Below, piece by piece: positions 25,371 to 39,149 of a stretch of 64,000 nt of DNA. The position numbers and the translations under genes are program-made. The stretch spans positions 112,408,001-112,472,000 of the forward strand of contig NC_087436.1 in NCBI RefSeq assembly GCF_036321535.1, given 5' to 3'. This DNA is from Camelus dromedarius. Its lineage: Eukaryota. The notes under the pieces are model-generated. The model did not search any database. It was given only the letters and a program-made list of their open reading frames with translations, and was not told the origin of the DNA. Each line of letters opens with the position of its first letter. Positions within the stretch are counted from its first letter, which is position 1.

Positions 25371-28169
25371 GGGCCTGAGGAACAGCTGTCTAATCTTGAC
25401 TTTGGGATCACACAGATCTTACCTTCAAAAAGTATAATTAAATGTAAAAAAAAAATCAATGAAAATATCTCATGCATGTGGAAATTAAAAAGAGAGCTAT
25501 TTTGCAGAAGCAATCCACAGGGAGACATCCAGTTGTGGTATATGGCCCTCTGAGCAAACCCCCAAAGTAGGGGGACCAACCAGGGCCTGGCCAGTCCTTT
25601 CTAAATGGCTTTCTAGGATGTATATAAGATGAGAGGGAAGGACAGTGGCGGGGAAAGATGGGGAGGGGACGGAGAAGGGGAGACAATATGGCTCAAGAAG
25701 AGAGCAGCCAAGAGGAAGTGACCAGAGAGCAGGAAGGGAGGAGCATCATGGCAAGACATCACTTCTCCAAACCACCTCCACCACTGGCCGGCAAGGACGT
25801 CTCCTTCAATCGTGCCAGAAACCTTTGTCATTCTCCAATACTTTTTTTTAAGGTTAGAATTATTTTTCTAAATATTTGGGGGAGATGCTCTTCTCTATTA
25901 GGTTTCTTTGTTTTGTTTTGTTTTGTTTTTGCTTGTGTGGCAGGACACCAAATTAGGACACTAAACCATGTCTTTTTTCTCCAGGGCTGCCCCTCTTTTT
26001 CTCTCTACTCCCCCTCCCACTGGAGCATGGAGGTACCTGTGTGTTCACTGCCTCAGGGAGCAGATGTAAAGGGTGGAACACAAAGGCCCGTCTGTCCAAC
26101 ACTCACTGCCCCACCCCCCGCACCAGGAAAGGGGGAAGTAGAGAGAGAAGATGACATCTGGGGTCCCACGAATGAGAGGATCCATCCAGCATTCCCCGCA
26201 GAGAGTAGAAGACTTGTGCCAGGAATGGCCACGTGGCCAGGCCCCTCCAGGCAGAGCCCAGCCCCAGTCCTGTGCTCCAAGCAGGGAAACGGAGTGAGAC
26301 CCACGTGGTGTAGAGGACCGTGCAGAGGGAGACCTGTGAAGACGGACTGTAAACAAAGCCCAGAGCAGACCCCACCCACTCTCTGGCAGGGGACAAAATC
26401 CGGGAGCTGTGACACATGTCAGGGAGAGAGTGAGCCCTGGAAAGGGGTGAGGATTTCTTTTGCTTTCCTTTTTCTGACAGCCTACTGTAACGTGAGGCTA
26501 AAGTTAGTATTATATTAGTCTACAGGTTATTTTCATGTAATGTTTATCTCCCACGTCAATTTTGGGGATGAGATATAGGCCCAATATCTCTGATTCTCTC
26601 CCAACCTAATTAGACACACATACCCCAAGGGAAACACTGGCTGAGTGCAGGGAAACAAAGTTTTCCCTGGGCTCCCCCAGACCCTTGCCGTCCCACTGCA
26701 GTGTCCGACCCACTCAGAGTGCCAGCGTTGGGATCCAGAGGCCACGGCATGTCAGGGGGATCTGGAAGCAGCAAGCCAAGGCAGAGGCTTGGAGAGCTTG
26801 TCAGAGAGGGGTCAGGACTGCTCGGTCCACCTTTATTTAATTTGTGTGCCCAGAATTCCACAGAGGGCAAGCAAATATGCCTGACTCAGGAACAGCCAAC
26901 AAAATTGTCCTGCACTTTGTCCTGACGGCAAAACCAAAACAAAACAAAAAGGTCAGAACAGGGACGGGGTGGAAGGGGATGCTAGCTGTAAATATCAGGG
27001 ATTCAAAGAGAACACGGTTTCTTCAACATCCTGGAGATTCGGTAGACGATCTCAGTAGCTACAGGAGACGTGTTTTCTTTAAGGTAATAGCAGTCCTGAA
27101 ACCTGTCCAACTTCATAAAACAAAGGTAACCTTTGGAGCTGTGTGAACTGGCAAGTGAAATGATTACATTAGGATAAGGAGCGTGCATTTCATATGTTCA
27201 ATTGCTTTCTTAAGATTTTAAGATTATTATAGGTTCAACCAATAAAAAGCAACAATAATTAAGGCCACCTACTGGTCCCTGCCTAGCTAGGCTAACTGGC
27301 TCGCCAGCTCGTCCACCTTTCACACATTATTGCAACAACTAACTCACCTGCCAGACCGTGAGCTCCGAGAGCGCCGGGACTGGGTCTCTACGTGTTTTAA
27401 CCCCACTGCTCACCATGGTGCTTGGTACAGGTAAGCATCCAACAGATAGGAAGGGAAGAAATGGGTGGATGGCTGGGGGAGCTCAGTGGATGGACAGGTG
27501 ATGTGTGCTGGCTACTGCCCGTACACACATATTGTGCAGTCTGAGCACAAATGGAAGGAGCGGGCAGTGGGCAGGGTCATAGCGCCCTGCCCTGTGCCTG
27601 GTGGAACTAAGTTGATGTCCCAACCCCCCACTCACAACCAGGCAGCAAGGGCATCAAAGTATATCCAATGTCGTGGGCAATATGTGGCCACAGAACTTTC
27701 CCAAAGGCAGGTCCGGGCAGATGACAGTATCATGGGTTTAGGGACAGCAGATAAAATCCCCTTGACTAAGGATTTTGTTAATCAAATAGTGATTGTTCAA
27801 GGCAGAGCTCCATGCCACTAAGGAATCAGAACAGTAACGGACACAGTAGAAGCCCAACTGGATGGGCCAATTTATTTATTATGGTTACATCCCCTGGGGA
27901 CTTGGCTGCTGATGACTCACTGGATAGCGAGCTTTAGGCAGCAAGAGTGACAACAGAAGCCACCTCCTGGGAAGGACTGTGGTCCCACTGTGACCTTGGG
28001 GACCCATTCCAACTCTCCTGTGTGTTCATCCTCTCCTTCTAACCCATCAGCACTTAACAATGCTCAAGCCTCTCTCCTGCTAAATGGAAATAAATAAATC
28101 AGCCAGTGAATAGGCAGACAAGCTCCCCTCTGACAGCAGTGTTGGCTGTGCAACCATCTCCAGGTCTTC

Positions 28170-28650
28170 ACTTCCATCTCACGCCTCTTGTGAGTACACC
28201 CAGCTGGGTGGGTCTCTCCCCACTGGTGAGGCGGCTCTCACTGAGGCTAGTGATGGTGTCATTGTTGCCAAATCCGAAGGCCACGTTTCAGTATGTATCC
28301 TACATGCCCTCTGCAGCGTCCATCGACACTGACCACTGCTCTCCCTTGACCTGACCTCCATGACAGTGCCCTCCCGTGGGTGTCCTCCCCACTCTTGCCT
28401 CTCCTTCACGGACTCCTCCTCCTCAGCCCACATCTTTCTGGAATGTTGGTGCTCCTCCCAGTTTTTTCCTGGAGGCCGTTCTCTCAGGCTATATACCCTT
28501 CTGTGAGATGTCACCATTCTCTTGCCCTCAACATTCAGATGCAAATGACTCCCAAATCTATATTTGACTCCAACTTCTCTTCAAATCACCCTACCTGCAT
28601 ACATACCCTACTTCCTGGACACCTCCCACTGGCCCTCAGTGGGCTGAAAT
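28170..28650 (+). mobile_element. L2 LINE relic
   Basis: Pyrimidine-rich L2 motifs: ttgccaaatcc, ctctgcagcgtccatcgacactgaccac, atgactcccaaatctatat. Confidence 0.6.
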
Positions 28651-28789
28651 ACCCCATTTTGATTCTGTCATTGGGAGGCAGTTTGATTTAAGGACCAGAA
28701 TGAAACTGTCAAGGGCCAAAACGATATATAGTAAAACCTATTATAGATGAAAAAGCTGACTTGAGGATCACATATGATTGGTAGATTGG

Positions 28790-28961
28790 TTTTTTTTATA
28801 AACTTTTTTTATTGAGTTACAATCATTTTACAATGTTGTGTCAAATTTCAGTGTAGAGCACAATTTTTCAGTTATATATGAGCATGCATACATTCATTGT
28901 CACATTCTCTTTCGCTGTGAGCCACCACAAGATCCTGTAAGTATTTCTCCGTGCTACAGCA
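28790..28961 (-). mobile_element. Short lineage-specific L1 3'-end insertion
   Basis: T tail then attgagttacaatcattttacaatgttgtgtcaaatttcagtgtagagcac...gtgctacagc; imperfect flanking repeat agattg(g)tttt. Confidence 0.8.
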
Positions 28962-30395
28962 AAGATTGTTTTAGGAAAATATTGGGCTTGGTTAAAAAAA
29001 GACAAGTAAACTACAATGGACAATAGCAAAAACAGAAAATGGTAAAAAAAAAAATTTATTGCTCACAGATTAATGAAAAACGAAAAAGATTCGATAAAAA
29101 TGTACATGTACAAAATCTGATATGGCAAAAACAGTGGTTTTAGAAGGAAACTTGCCATGGAAAAAGCTATAATCTGTAAAAATTTGACAAAGATGAAGAA
29201 AAAGAAATTTAAAAATCAAGCCTTCTTTGTAACGTACACAAGATTTTATCCTGATGGAAATAATGTTGGTAAAACAAAAATGAAAGTGGAGACAACTGGA
29301 AACAGTTCTAATATGCTGTATGGAAAATGGATCAGGAGTGAAAGGGCCTCAGAGGAGCCCACCCTAGAATGAAACTTTGCCACAAAGTTCATCAGTGTTG
29401 ACATCCGTGTTCCAAAACAAAAAACCAGCAGGGTCAAAATACACAAGAGCTCAAAACAATGACATAAAAGTGTCCCACCCTCCCCATGGTTACCTGAGAC
29501 CCAGGGCCAGTTTCCATACTGGACTCGCTGTTCCTTGCCTACCTACATCCCAAACCACTTCTGTCTCCTCTGCCAGACTCCTCTCCCCACAAGCCACACC
29601 TGATCACATCCTGCCTTTTCTGGTTCCTAAGTCTTTCTCGTGTCATCATCATCCCATTCCCACTGTGATTCCTGCTATGGAGGCCACCGTCACCTCTAGA
29701 CAACAGCCTCTTAATTGGTCATACTGGTTCCTCTATGTCAAACCACTCCATACGCTGCCAAGGAAGGAGATCTTCCTGAAATGCACATCTGGTCGTACAT
29801 TCTTCATGGTTCCCTCTGCCCGTGCCTGGCTGGCATGGCCCCTCATGGTGTTTACATCCACAGCCTCAACCCCACAGCCCCTGCCAGATGATTCCTCTCT
29901 CTGCATCTTGACTTGCCATCCTCTCTCTGCCTGAGGAGCATCCTACACACTTTCCCTACTCCCCCAAACCCTGCTGCCTTCACCCAACCCCAAGAAACGC
30001 TGTGTTGGTGAATTCCTACTTGTTCTTCAAGAATTATATTGCAATCGTCTGTTTTCTTGTCTTCAAGAATTATGAAGTTCTCAGGGCAAGACTCATGTCT
30101 TGTTCACCATTGTATTTCTTCGTACCAAGTACAGTGGCTGACGTGTAATAGGACCTCTCTATGTATTTGTCAAATGGATGGATGGATCATATTTAATCTT
30201 CACAACAATCTTGCCCAGCAGGTATTACTACCCTCATTTAAAGAAGCACAAAGAAGCTAGGTAACTTGTCCAAGTGCCCATTGAAAGTAAGTAGCAGTTA
30301 AGATTAAACTCATAACAGTTTAACTATAAAGCGCATATTCTCTTCATTTCACCATGTGATGTCTTTTAATTAGATGCAACCAAAATACAGACATG

Positions 30396-30457
30396 CTAGG
30401 ACATTGTGCTGTACACCAGAAATTGACACACTGTAACTGACTGTACTTCAACAAAAA
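30396..30457 (+). mobile_element. Very short (~60 bp) L1 3'-end insertion with TSD
   Basis: tgctgtacaccagaaattgacacactgtaactgactgtacttcaac plus A tail; TSD aaaatacaga(ca/tg)tg at 30382-30395 and 30458-30471. Confidence 0.85.
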
Positions 30458-33400
30458 AAAATACAGATGTGGAGACAATTCCTACAAATACGGCACTGAG
30501 AGTCAACAGGGAGAATGATGCATTAAAGACTAGGAACACAGTATGGTCACGCAGTCGCAGGTGCATGGACAGTAGGCATATACGGAAGAGAGAGCGGCCG
30601 TGGCGGGAAGGGAGCTTTGGGAAGACTGTGAGAAGGACATTCCCACTAGGGTTTAAGGATGAGTAAAAGCTTGACTGGCAAAGTTGGGAAGCGGATCCTG
30701 GGCCGATGTAGAAAACGAGCTTAGTTTTCTCATGTATCAGTCACTGCATCAGAATCAGCTTAAGAAATTAATATTCTCTCTGCGTGTAGTTTGGATGACA
30801 AAGCAGCTAATGCCAATGTTTTGACATTTCAAAACACTGAAGTGATTAAATGTATAAGCGTTTAAGTGCCAGTGAGGATGATTTCTCAGCAGCGCTGAGC
30901 ATTATGCTGAAAGCGTCCTTCTCGGATGCTGCCAGTCCTCAGGCAGGCGGGCCATTATGAACATATTTCTTCCTGTCTTGTACCTCATGCACCTATTCCG
31001 TTGTGTTCCGAGTGCTAATTAAAATTGTGTGCTGACTGCCAAAGTAAAAGTGCTTATATTAAAATAATAAGTGTCTAAATTAAATGGCTCAAAACAGCCT
31101 GATTCCAAGTTGACGTACAGTTCTTACCCCCCATAATTGTAGGGGGAGAGGGTGGAGATGCAGACATAAACTTTAATAGTGTATTCTGATTTTAGAATTA
31201 TTAGAGTTATTCAAAACAATCCAGAACTTCGAAGTTAACAAAAACCCATTTCCAGGCCATCATCCCATTTCACCCTTTCAATAGACTGAAATGATCTGAG
31301 ATTCGAGATTCTGAGGTAAAATGTGATATTCTGTATGTGAAGAATGCATTGCTTACTGTTAAACTCTATCCGTGTGTCCCTGTCAAAAGTCTAATCCTTT
31401 GTCTTACAGCCAAACAGGACAAACTTTTAAAAACGTTTGTTCTACAAATGTTATATTGAGATAAATTTTCAGAAGAGAAGATGTTGGTAAAAGTTCTTAA
31501 CTAGATGTGGGACTTGGGCATTTAGAATAAGACAGTACACAGTAAATGCCCATAAACACAGACCAACTTTCTAACTGTTCTACTGAACTACTGTGGGTAG
31601 AAGTGCAAGCGAATCTCACAATACAGGAGGTTCAAAAAAAGCTATGAATTATTCTTCAACTTGTCAAGAGAGCCGAGAGGTAGTGTTAGTAACCTTTTAA
31701 TCTCCTAACTCCTCATTCCACTTGCGACTTCCTTCTAAGCTGTTCCCCCAGAGCAGAATGACTCGGTCTCCCCTTTGAGCTACCGCGACACCTCATTTGT
31801 TCCTCTACTGTGACACTTACCACACTGCAGTGTGATCACTTGTGGACAGGAAACACACCTCATTTTTCTTTGTTACTCCAGGGCTGTGTATAGTACCTGA
31901 CACATAAAAAATATTCAACAAATAGTTGCTGAATAAGAAATATTAAAGTCTGTTGATTAAAGGGAAGCAATTTAAGGTAAATGTTATAATTTAGAACAGG
32001 GAACTTGAGTTCACCAGGAGAGAAATATTACAAGCTTATGCCAGGTCAACATTTAACTTCAGCTTAAAATACCCTAAGAGGTACCTAAAATCTCCTAATT
32101 CTAGAACCGAAAGGAAACTTTGAGACAATCTAGGCCATCCTCTGCTATATGGATCAGGGAACTAAGACCCAGAGCTCGTCCCAAGAATCATGACCAGTAA
32201 GTAAGTGGCCACACAGAATCCTAACTCAGGCTTCCTGACTCCAAGTGTACAGCTTTCTCCATTCAATCTGCTGCCTCTCAATCTGAAGACATTTTCTAGA
32301 CACTTGATATTAGATTGTAGAGTCTTGTCCCAAACAAATGTGTTACCCACTTTGGCATAGAAGCAAAAAAAAAAAAAAAAAAAATCTGTTTTGAGAAAAC
32401 CATCTGTTAGCTAGAAGTAAATGTTTGCATGGGTGAATCCACCTGTGTGCTTGCATAGGTCCCTTAAGAATTAACGGATACTGCCTATCTGAAAATTTAG
32501 TTAAAAAATTATAGACTCAGAAGAAAACAGATCTTGGCTGGCATGCTATTTAAAAAATATATACCCTTACAATCTTTACAAATACAAAGAAAATTATTTG
32601 CTTTCAAAGGAAAAGCCAATTACACTACTCTCCATGAAACAAAACACTATAAAATGCCAGCAAAGAGACCATATCATACCAATTAGACTTGCTCTATGGA
32701 ACATTATTAAAATGTTAAAGGGAAACAAATGGCAGAAGATTTAGAGTGAACATTAAGTTGCCCAAACTCAGTGGAATCAACTTATTTTTGAACCTGTAAT
32801 TACTTGTACAAGATTGATTTTATTGTCTGCACCAAGATAAACTAGAAACTATAAAGAGCATTAACAAGCTTGTAAAAATCAAATCAAATTGCATGAAACT
32901 TAATATCATCCAGAAAAGGGGTATCTAGCTAACCATGCCAGATCATAAATCCCAGCATAATAAATATTGAGTATTTAAAAATGATTTGCAGCACTAGAAA
33001 TGAATTTTTATTTATATATTTGGTGTTATTACAGAGCTAAGAATATGGATGAAAGGTTAGAGTGAAAGCAAAGAGATGACAAAAAGTGACCAGCGTCTGA
33101 TTTAGCCTCAATTTCCTTAGCAATCAGACATTTATGTGTGAATTAGCCATGCCATGTTTTTAACCCCAGCATATATCTGTCATCAGTGGGCATAAGCTCA
33201 CGGGCATGTGAATCAATGCTAGCATCAGCTTAGGCAAAGCATAATTAGGAGGATAAAACTGTCCCAAGAAAATAATGCTTGCTAAAGACACAATAAATGT
33301 TTTCTTTTTATTGCTATTTTGAAAAATTAGCCACAGTACTGTTCTCCTCCATGAAACCTTACGTCTAAGTTATAGTGTTTTTTAAGCATCCATATGGAAG

Positions 33401-36400
33401 ATGAAGTAAAAGCCATTCACTATTTGAAATTGATACTAAATTAGAAAATGTCAGAAACAACAGAAGGATTTTACGTATAAACATAAACTCAGACTATTGA
33501 AAAGAAGACGAGACTGTAACAGATGCTTATAAAAGAGCAATTGGAAAATCCAAGGCCTTGAACTCATATAAATAAATTTCTAAAACCTGGATAGCAGAAA
33601 CCCTAAAAGAAAGGATTATTTTGAGAATCTAAAAATCTATTATGCATTTGTAACACATTTTGGTAACAAAGACAAAAGAGAGAGAGAAACTTGAGTTTGC
33701 AGAAGAAGGGAGAAAATTTAAATAGATGTTTATAAGACCCAAGGAGTACATTCATTTTTAACTATCTCAGAAACAAAAAGGAGAAATAGAAAAACTGTTA
33801 GAATGGAAACACTGATTCATGAGCAGAAGGGAAGCTAACTACAAGGGGCGGAGTGCATGATCACCGCCCAGAAGAACTTAAAGGGCATGGAAGTCAAGAG
33901 AAAAAGTATTCAGTTATTTTGATCCAAGAGAGTTTACCCAGAAACACTAGAAGAAAGTAAAAATTTATCCTAAATAGCATGTAAAATCTGACTACCAACT
34001 ACTACTTGATAAGTGGCCAGAAGAAGCAATAAATAATTCACCACCAGGGACTAATAAAAACAAGACAATAAAAAATTCCGAAAGGCAAAACCCGAAAGGG
34101 CAGGTAACATGAAGCAAGTGATACATACAATCTTCTCTGCTGCATATATCCTAGTATTAAAGCCTTTGCTGGCTGCAATTATAAGGAAGGGTTTTGAAAG
34201 TTATCAAAATTTACTAGAAAGTCTGAGTTCATTCTGCAAGTGGATTCTCGTTAATTAACTGACCCGATGATTAAAACCCTTCTAAACATGGTATGTCTAT
34301 TTATTTTTTTTTTTTTTGTAATGGGGATAATGAAAAATGAACAATGTTCTTTCTCCTCAAAGAGAGAAATCTGGACTGGAAAGCTTGCTAAGCCATCCCC
34401 ACAGTCTCTTTCATCAGTATTTTGGAATTTTCCAGAAATTTAAAATTTAATATGAAACAAACTTTATATCTGATCATGAAGAAAAGGTCCCATTAGCCAA
34501 TAACGCATGGATGGATTTATGTTCATAGACTTTTTATTACATAAACAGAACCCACTTCAGAACAAAAGATCTTTTATAAAACATTTCTTGTGACAAAATA
34601 CAATTTTCAGTAGGTCCTATTTAAAATAGTTTCAGTCCTATATTCCTGTGCCAGAGAAATGCTTTTAGAAGTAAGATTTTGCTCATGACCATTTTAGTTA
34701 AGTTGTAACAGGTACATTAGGATCAAAAGCACATTATTCAATTTGTGCTACATCTTCCAGAAACAAACTGAGTCGATGTCCTTTCGAAACCCATGGAATA
34801 AAGCCCAGACAGGATAAAACCTAGTAAGTATCAGTCCAAAAATGATTGCTGAAGACTGCAAATATTATTACTGCAACTTGGAGATTCAATAAGCTCACAC
34901 AGATTTACTGCAAAGGCTTGCTCTGGGCCCCACAGTGTATTTTATTTCTTTAGCACATCAGTTGCAAAGCTTTTCGAATTTTTTAAAAGCATCAACTCAT
35001 ACTTTCCTCTCTGAAAACAATGCTGAATAAATTAAACTCAGCACTACATTTTGTGAATTAGAAACGTGGTATTTATGGTTTGGAAAAAAGAAGTCATGTA
35101 CCGCTAAAATAAATTTTCAACTAAGAAATATAGAATTAATTTAGACTGTACTCTATTCAGTCTATACTGAAACTACACTACCAAATTAATCGTATGACAG
35201 TAATAATCTCAAACACCATTTCAGTTGCTGGTAAATGCCACTTTCAAGCGGTGTTTTTAGATTTAGGTATACATAGGTACAACATGGGAAACTTGTAAAG
35301 GATACAGAAACCCTGAGTCCTGGGCTGAGAAGTGGAAAATTCAGTGAAAGCACATTAGTCTTTGTCACGCAAAGCAATGAAGAACTATCGCGTAGATCAT
35401 AATGAAGGTACGTTAAAGATGGCCCGCCTTAGATGTGGTATCAATAAAGCAACTGCATTTGAATTCTTGGCATTCAAATTTTAGACTCAATTACAAAGCC
35501 CTTCTGTAATTAAGGACTCATACTTCTCCACAAATCTTCATAGTGTCGGCAAATATCTAGCTTTTTTTTAACCCAGGGGCCCAAAAATCTGAAAAGGGTT
35601 TGTAAGAATTTTATTACAAATATTTGGAAGAGGCCATCAGGATAATCTAGTGTAATACTCTTACAGAGGGGAAAATGAAGCAGAGAGAGGTCATAACTGT
35701 TACCTGAGGTCAAAAGACTCCCTGATGGAGAGTCAAGGAGTCCAGGCCTTCTCCTGATTCAGGGTCCTTTCAAGTCATCAAAGTACTTGATGTTTTTGTT
35801 ACTCAGGAAATGCATACGGAACTAATTTCAAACATATTTTAGGGCCGTTATACTAGAAATGCTATCAAGAGATCAGTTGCTTTGTAGTTGAAAAGTAAAA
35901 GCTACTTGGTCTAAACAAAAGGAATAGCCAAAGTTAGCTTTAAGGAGGAAAAAAAATGGAAAAATTTTCTAGCTCCTATTATAGAATAGGTATTGCCCCA
36001 TTTACCAGTGAAGGACACAACCAGAGTGCATAGGCTTCGTAAGATCATCTTCTGGAGTTTGCATCCATGGTTCATACACAGTCGGTTAATTGTATTTTGT
36101 ATAATCACAAGATCTCAATTATTAAATCTTAAATTACCAAAATATAAAGTTATGCAATTCATTTTTTTAAATTGTGCACTACTCACCCAATTTTCTTTTT
36201 TTTTAAAAAACAATCTCTTGCGTTTTGCTTTTTTCACAATAGCTACATGGTAGGTATTACTAACGTCATGTAAAAAATAAGTCAGTTACGAATACATGTA
36301 GCAATTTTACAAACTTTTAACTGAATTTATATAATCATAGCCGTATAAATCCCTTTCTTATTTAAGAAAGTTTTCTTAACTCACTAAATTTCTGTCCTTC

Positions 36401-38600
36401 TGTATTGTTTACATGTAAGACTCTCCTTAACTTCTCATTCTTGCTCTTCACTTTCCTCTATTGAAACTATTTCCCACCGAAGATTACTTTGACAAACAGC
36501 TAGTACAGAAGCATGTTAACTGCACTCCATCTCACTGTTCCTGAATTACTGTTTTAAGTTCAATTCCTGTAGCTTATTGTTATCCAAATTCTGTTTTTAT
36601 CTGATAACTTATCTCAGAACGCTTTTGGGTGTCTCTTTAATGGTGAGAGTTGTCATGTTTGTTTTTTTTTTTTTTTTTAACTATTTCCCTTATTTCCTAA
36701 TGGTGATATTATAAATCTAAGCTTTATCTTTCTTTCTACAACTGTTGTAAAGAACATTATGGTATTTTAAGTTGTTTATTTTTCTTAGGGAACTGTTCGT
36801 CCTTCTATGCTTTGTAACTATCTCTTAAAATTTGTCATTTACCATTCTGATAATTTAGAATACAAATTTGATAATATCCTTTCCTGGATTCTGAAAAATT
36901 TGCAATGGGTTGAATTAACTCAAAGAAAGCAACTTCTCATATATGATAAGATGATTGATTATCTAATTATAACACCTAGGTAAGGGAAGAATAGCGTTAA
37001 TTGAAAAAATTATTTCAATTAATGTTTGCTTCAAAAATGCTTTTTAGTATGTTGACTTCATTACAAGTTTGTTTGAAATTGTGCAGTTTCACAAAGTATC
37101 AGGTAAAATAATGCAGCTCCAGTGAAAAGACCCAATTGATGAAAAACTACGACATTCAGCTTTCCCATTTCTGCTTTGCTCCACTGCTGTTAACACCTTC
37201 ACTCCTGGCCTGGAAACACTGCTCCCTCCCTCTCTTTGCTGACTATTTTAAAGCATACACACTGCCTTTGGAACACCATGTTCTTCCGCAGGCCCATACA
37301 GAAAATGAGAGAAATCCACTCCCACAACTGGCTACCTTAGGAAACAGAATTTCAGATTCTGTCCCTTCCAGCTCTTGTTGAGTTAAAAGCAGGGGCCATA
37401 AGCCAATAAATGTAGTGAGACAGTAATTGGGAACTGACATAAACAAGCAATAAAAGCTTACTTCCTCCTTGACAATCAGTAAATAATGAAATGGGCTGGT
37501 TTTACACTACAAAAGATCAGAGAATAATAGAATTTAAGCTGTAAGGAAGCTTAGAGGTCATAAAATTTTCAGTACCTTTTGATTTTCAAAATGATTCTGA
37601 AGATTTGACCAGAGCATTTGTTTTTGACTGACTCATTAAGACTCAGCTTTGTCCAAATATAACCAAAACAGAGAATCTCATGGTCACAGGAATGTTTATA
37701 AATGTAATCCTGTAAACCGCTGTTGTATGAAGGAGGATAAGGATGTTTCAAAGGCATTAGTTCCTCCTTTCACCAGGCGGCCAAGGGTGAGTTCCCAGCG
37801 ACAGGGCCTTTTTTGGTCCATCTTGGTCCCTCACCCCCGCCTCTGCCCTGCTGTTACACTGTTAGGCGGCTGCCCTCAGCATGGTACCAAAAACAGCCCA
37901 CTCCGAGTTTGCAACCAGGTAGGTACTCGCTAGTGACAACAGAGCTCTCAAGGCCTCTGATGAATTAACACGAGGTTTATTTTGCTCTAGTTACACCCAT
38001 TTACATATGGGTCTCAAGTTTAGGTCTAGGGGAATTTCCAGATAGCTTAACGTTAAGGGAAGAATTACAGTTTGCTTTTTGCTAATCAAGAGAGTATCAG
38101 AGGCACAGGTGAAGCTGGCATACGAGAAATCGACCTGCCGCCGTCCCACTAATCGGAGCGCCCGGCCCCGTCCCCGAGCCCTGCTGCGGCGGTGGTCAGT
38201 GGTCTCGACACCGCTCTCGGTGCGGAATCACATGCCAGAGCTGCAAAGGACGGTCACCCCAAGTAAAGAGGCCGCCCAGGTGATGGAGCAAGGGCACCGC
38301 GGCGGCCAAGAGCCGTATCCTAACCCTAATGCCGAAGGCCAGTCTAGTGTGTCCGCGGGCGCGGAAAACGTATAAAGCATCCTGCTCCTCAGGCTGAGTC
38401 CCTGAGCCCGTCGCACCCCCACCTGTTGGACAGCATCCCTGGGCTCCTTCTTGCCCAAGTGCTTTGGAAACTGTCAACGGAAACCCAGAGGCCAGGGAAT
38501 GTGAAGGGCGACCAGAACTATGCAGAAGAGCTGGGACCCAAATAGCGGACCTATGGGGCCGGGCCTCACGGGGGTCGGGGAGCTGGAGACGGGCCCTCAC

Positions 38601-38930
38601 CGCCGCGGCCGAGCGAGCGGTGCCAAGACCGGGCGGGCGGCGCCGGCGCACTCCGGGCACGGAGCCTGCAAAAGGGGCGCGGAGCGAGCGGCCGGCCACC
38701 TCGCAGACGGCGGGCAGCGGGCGCAACGGCCGCCGCCCCGGGGCTCCTCGGCCGACCCTCCGCCCGCCGCCGCGCTCGGCCCGTTCCCGCCGGACCCCCG
38801 ACCCGAACCCCGGAGGCGCTCTCTCTCCCCGGCCGCGCGGCCCGGCGGCATGGAGCCGGGCACGGGGTCCCGAACGGCAGAGCCCGCGGTGGTGCGGGAA
38901 GCCAGCGCGCGCCACGGCGACGGCAGGAAG
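38601..38930 (-). ncRNA. Candidate first exon of a divergent antisense transcript (positional equivalent of human TAPT1-AS1)
   Basis: Minus-strand donor GCG|GTGAGG at 38601/38600 inside the island; human has a head-to-head lncRNA here. The 5' boundary is a guess. Confidence 0.3.
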
Positions 38931-39065
38931 AAGATGGCGGCGGCCGTGGCGGCGGCGGCGGCGGCGGCGGCCTCGCACACGCCGCTGACGCCATTGGCGC
39001 GCGCCGGCCGGCGGGCCGCGGATGGCGGCGGCGGCGGCGGCCCGGGCTCCGGCGAGGGGCGGGGC
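38931..39065 (+). promoter_or_regulatory. Promoter motif cluster: YY1 (AAGATGGCGGC, 38931-38941), half-CRE TGACG (38986-38990), inverted CCAAT (ATTGG, 38993-38997), Sp1 GC box (GGGGCGGGGC, 39056-39065)
   Basis: Exact consensus matches read in the sequence; typical of TATA-less CpG-island promoters. Occupancy is not demonstrated. Confidence 0.6.
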
Positions 39066-39149
39066 GAGGCGGGAAGGGGGCCGGCCGGAGGCGGAGGCCG
39101 GGCGGGAGCCTGGAGGGAGGCCGTGGGGACGGTTTGTTGTGCTCGGAAC

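Noticed and set aside
25658..26518. 286-aa ORF
   Set aside because: No recognisable domain, runs through a (TTTTG)n tract, and lacks promoter or exon context. Probably a chance ORF.
29377..29934. 185-aa ORF
   Set aside because: Non-ATG start, lies in pyrimidine-rich L2-like sequence, no domain signal.
34072..34105. Two adjacent GAAA-tetraloop hairpins (ccgaaagg, cccgaaaggg) resembling a bacterial riboswitch fragment
   Set aside because: Stems are only 2-3 bp, the rest of the motif is missing, and a short tandem duplication in mammalian DNA explains it.
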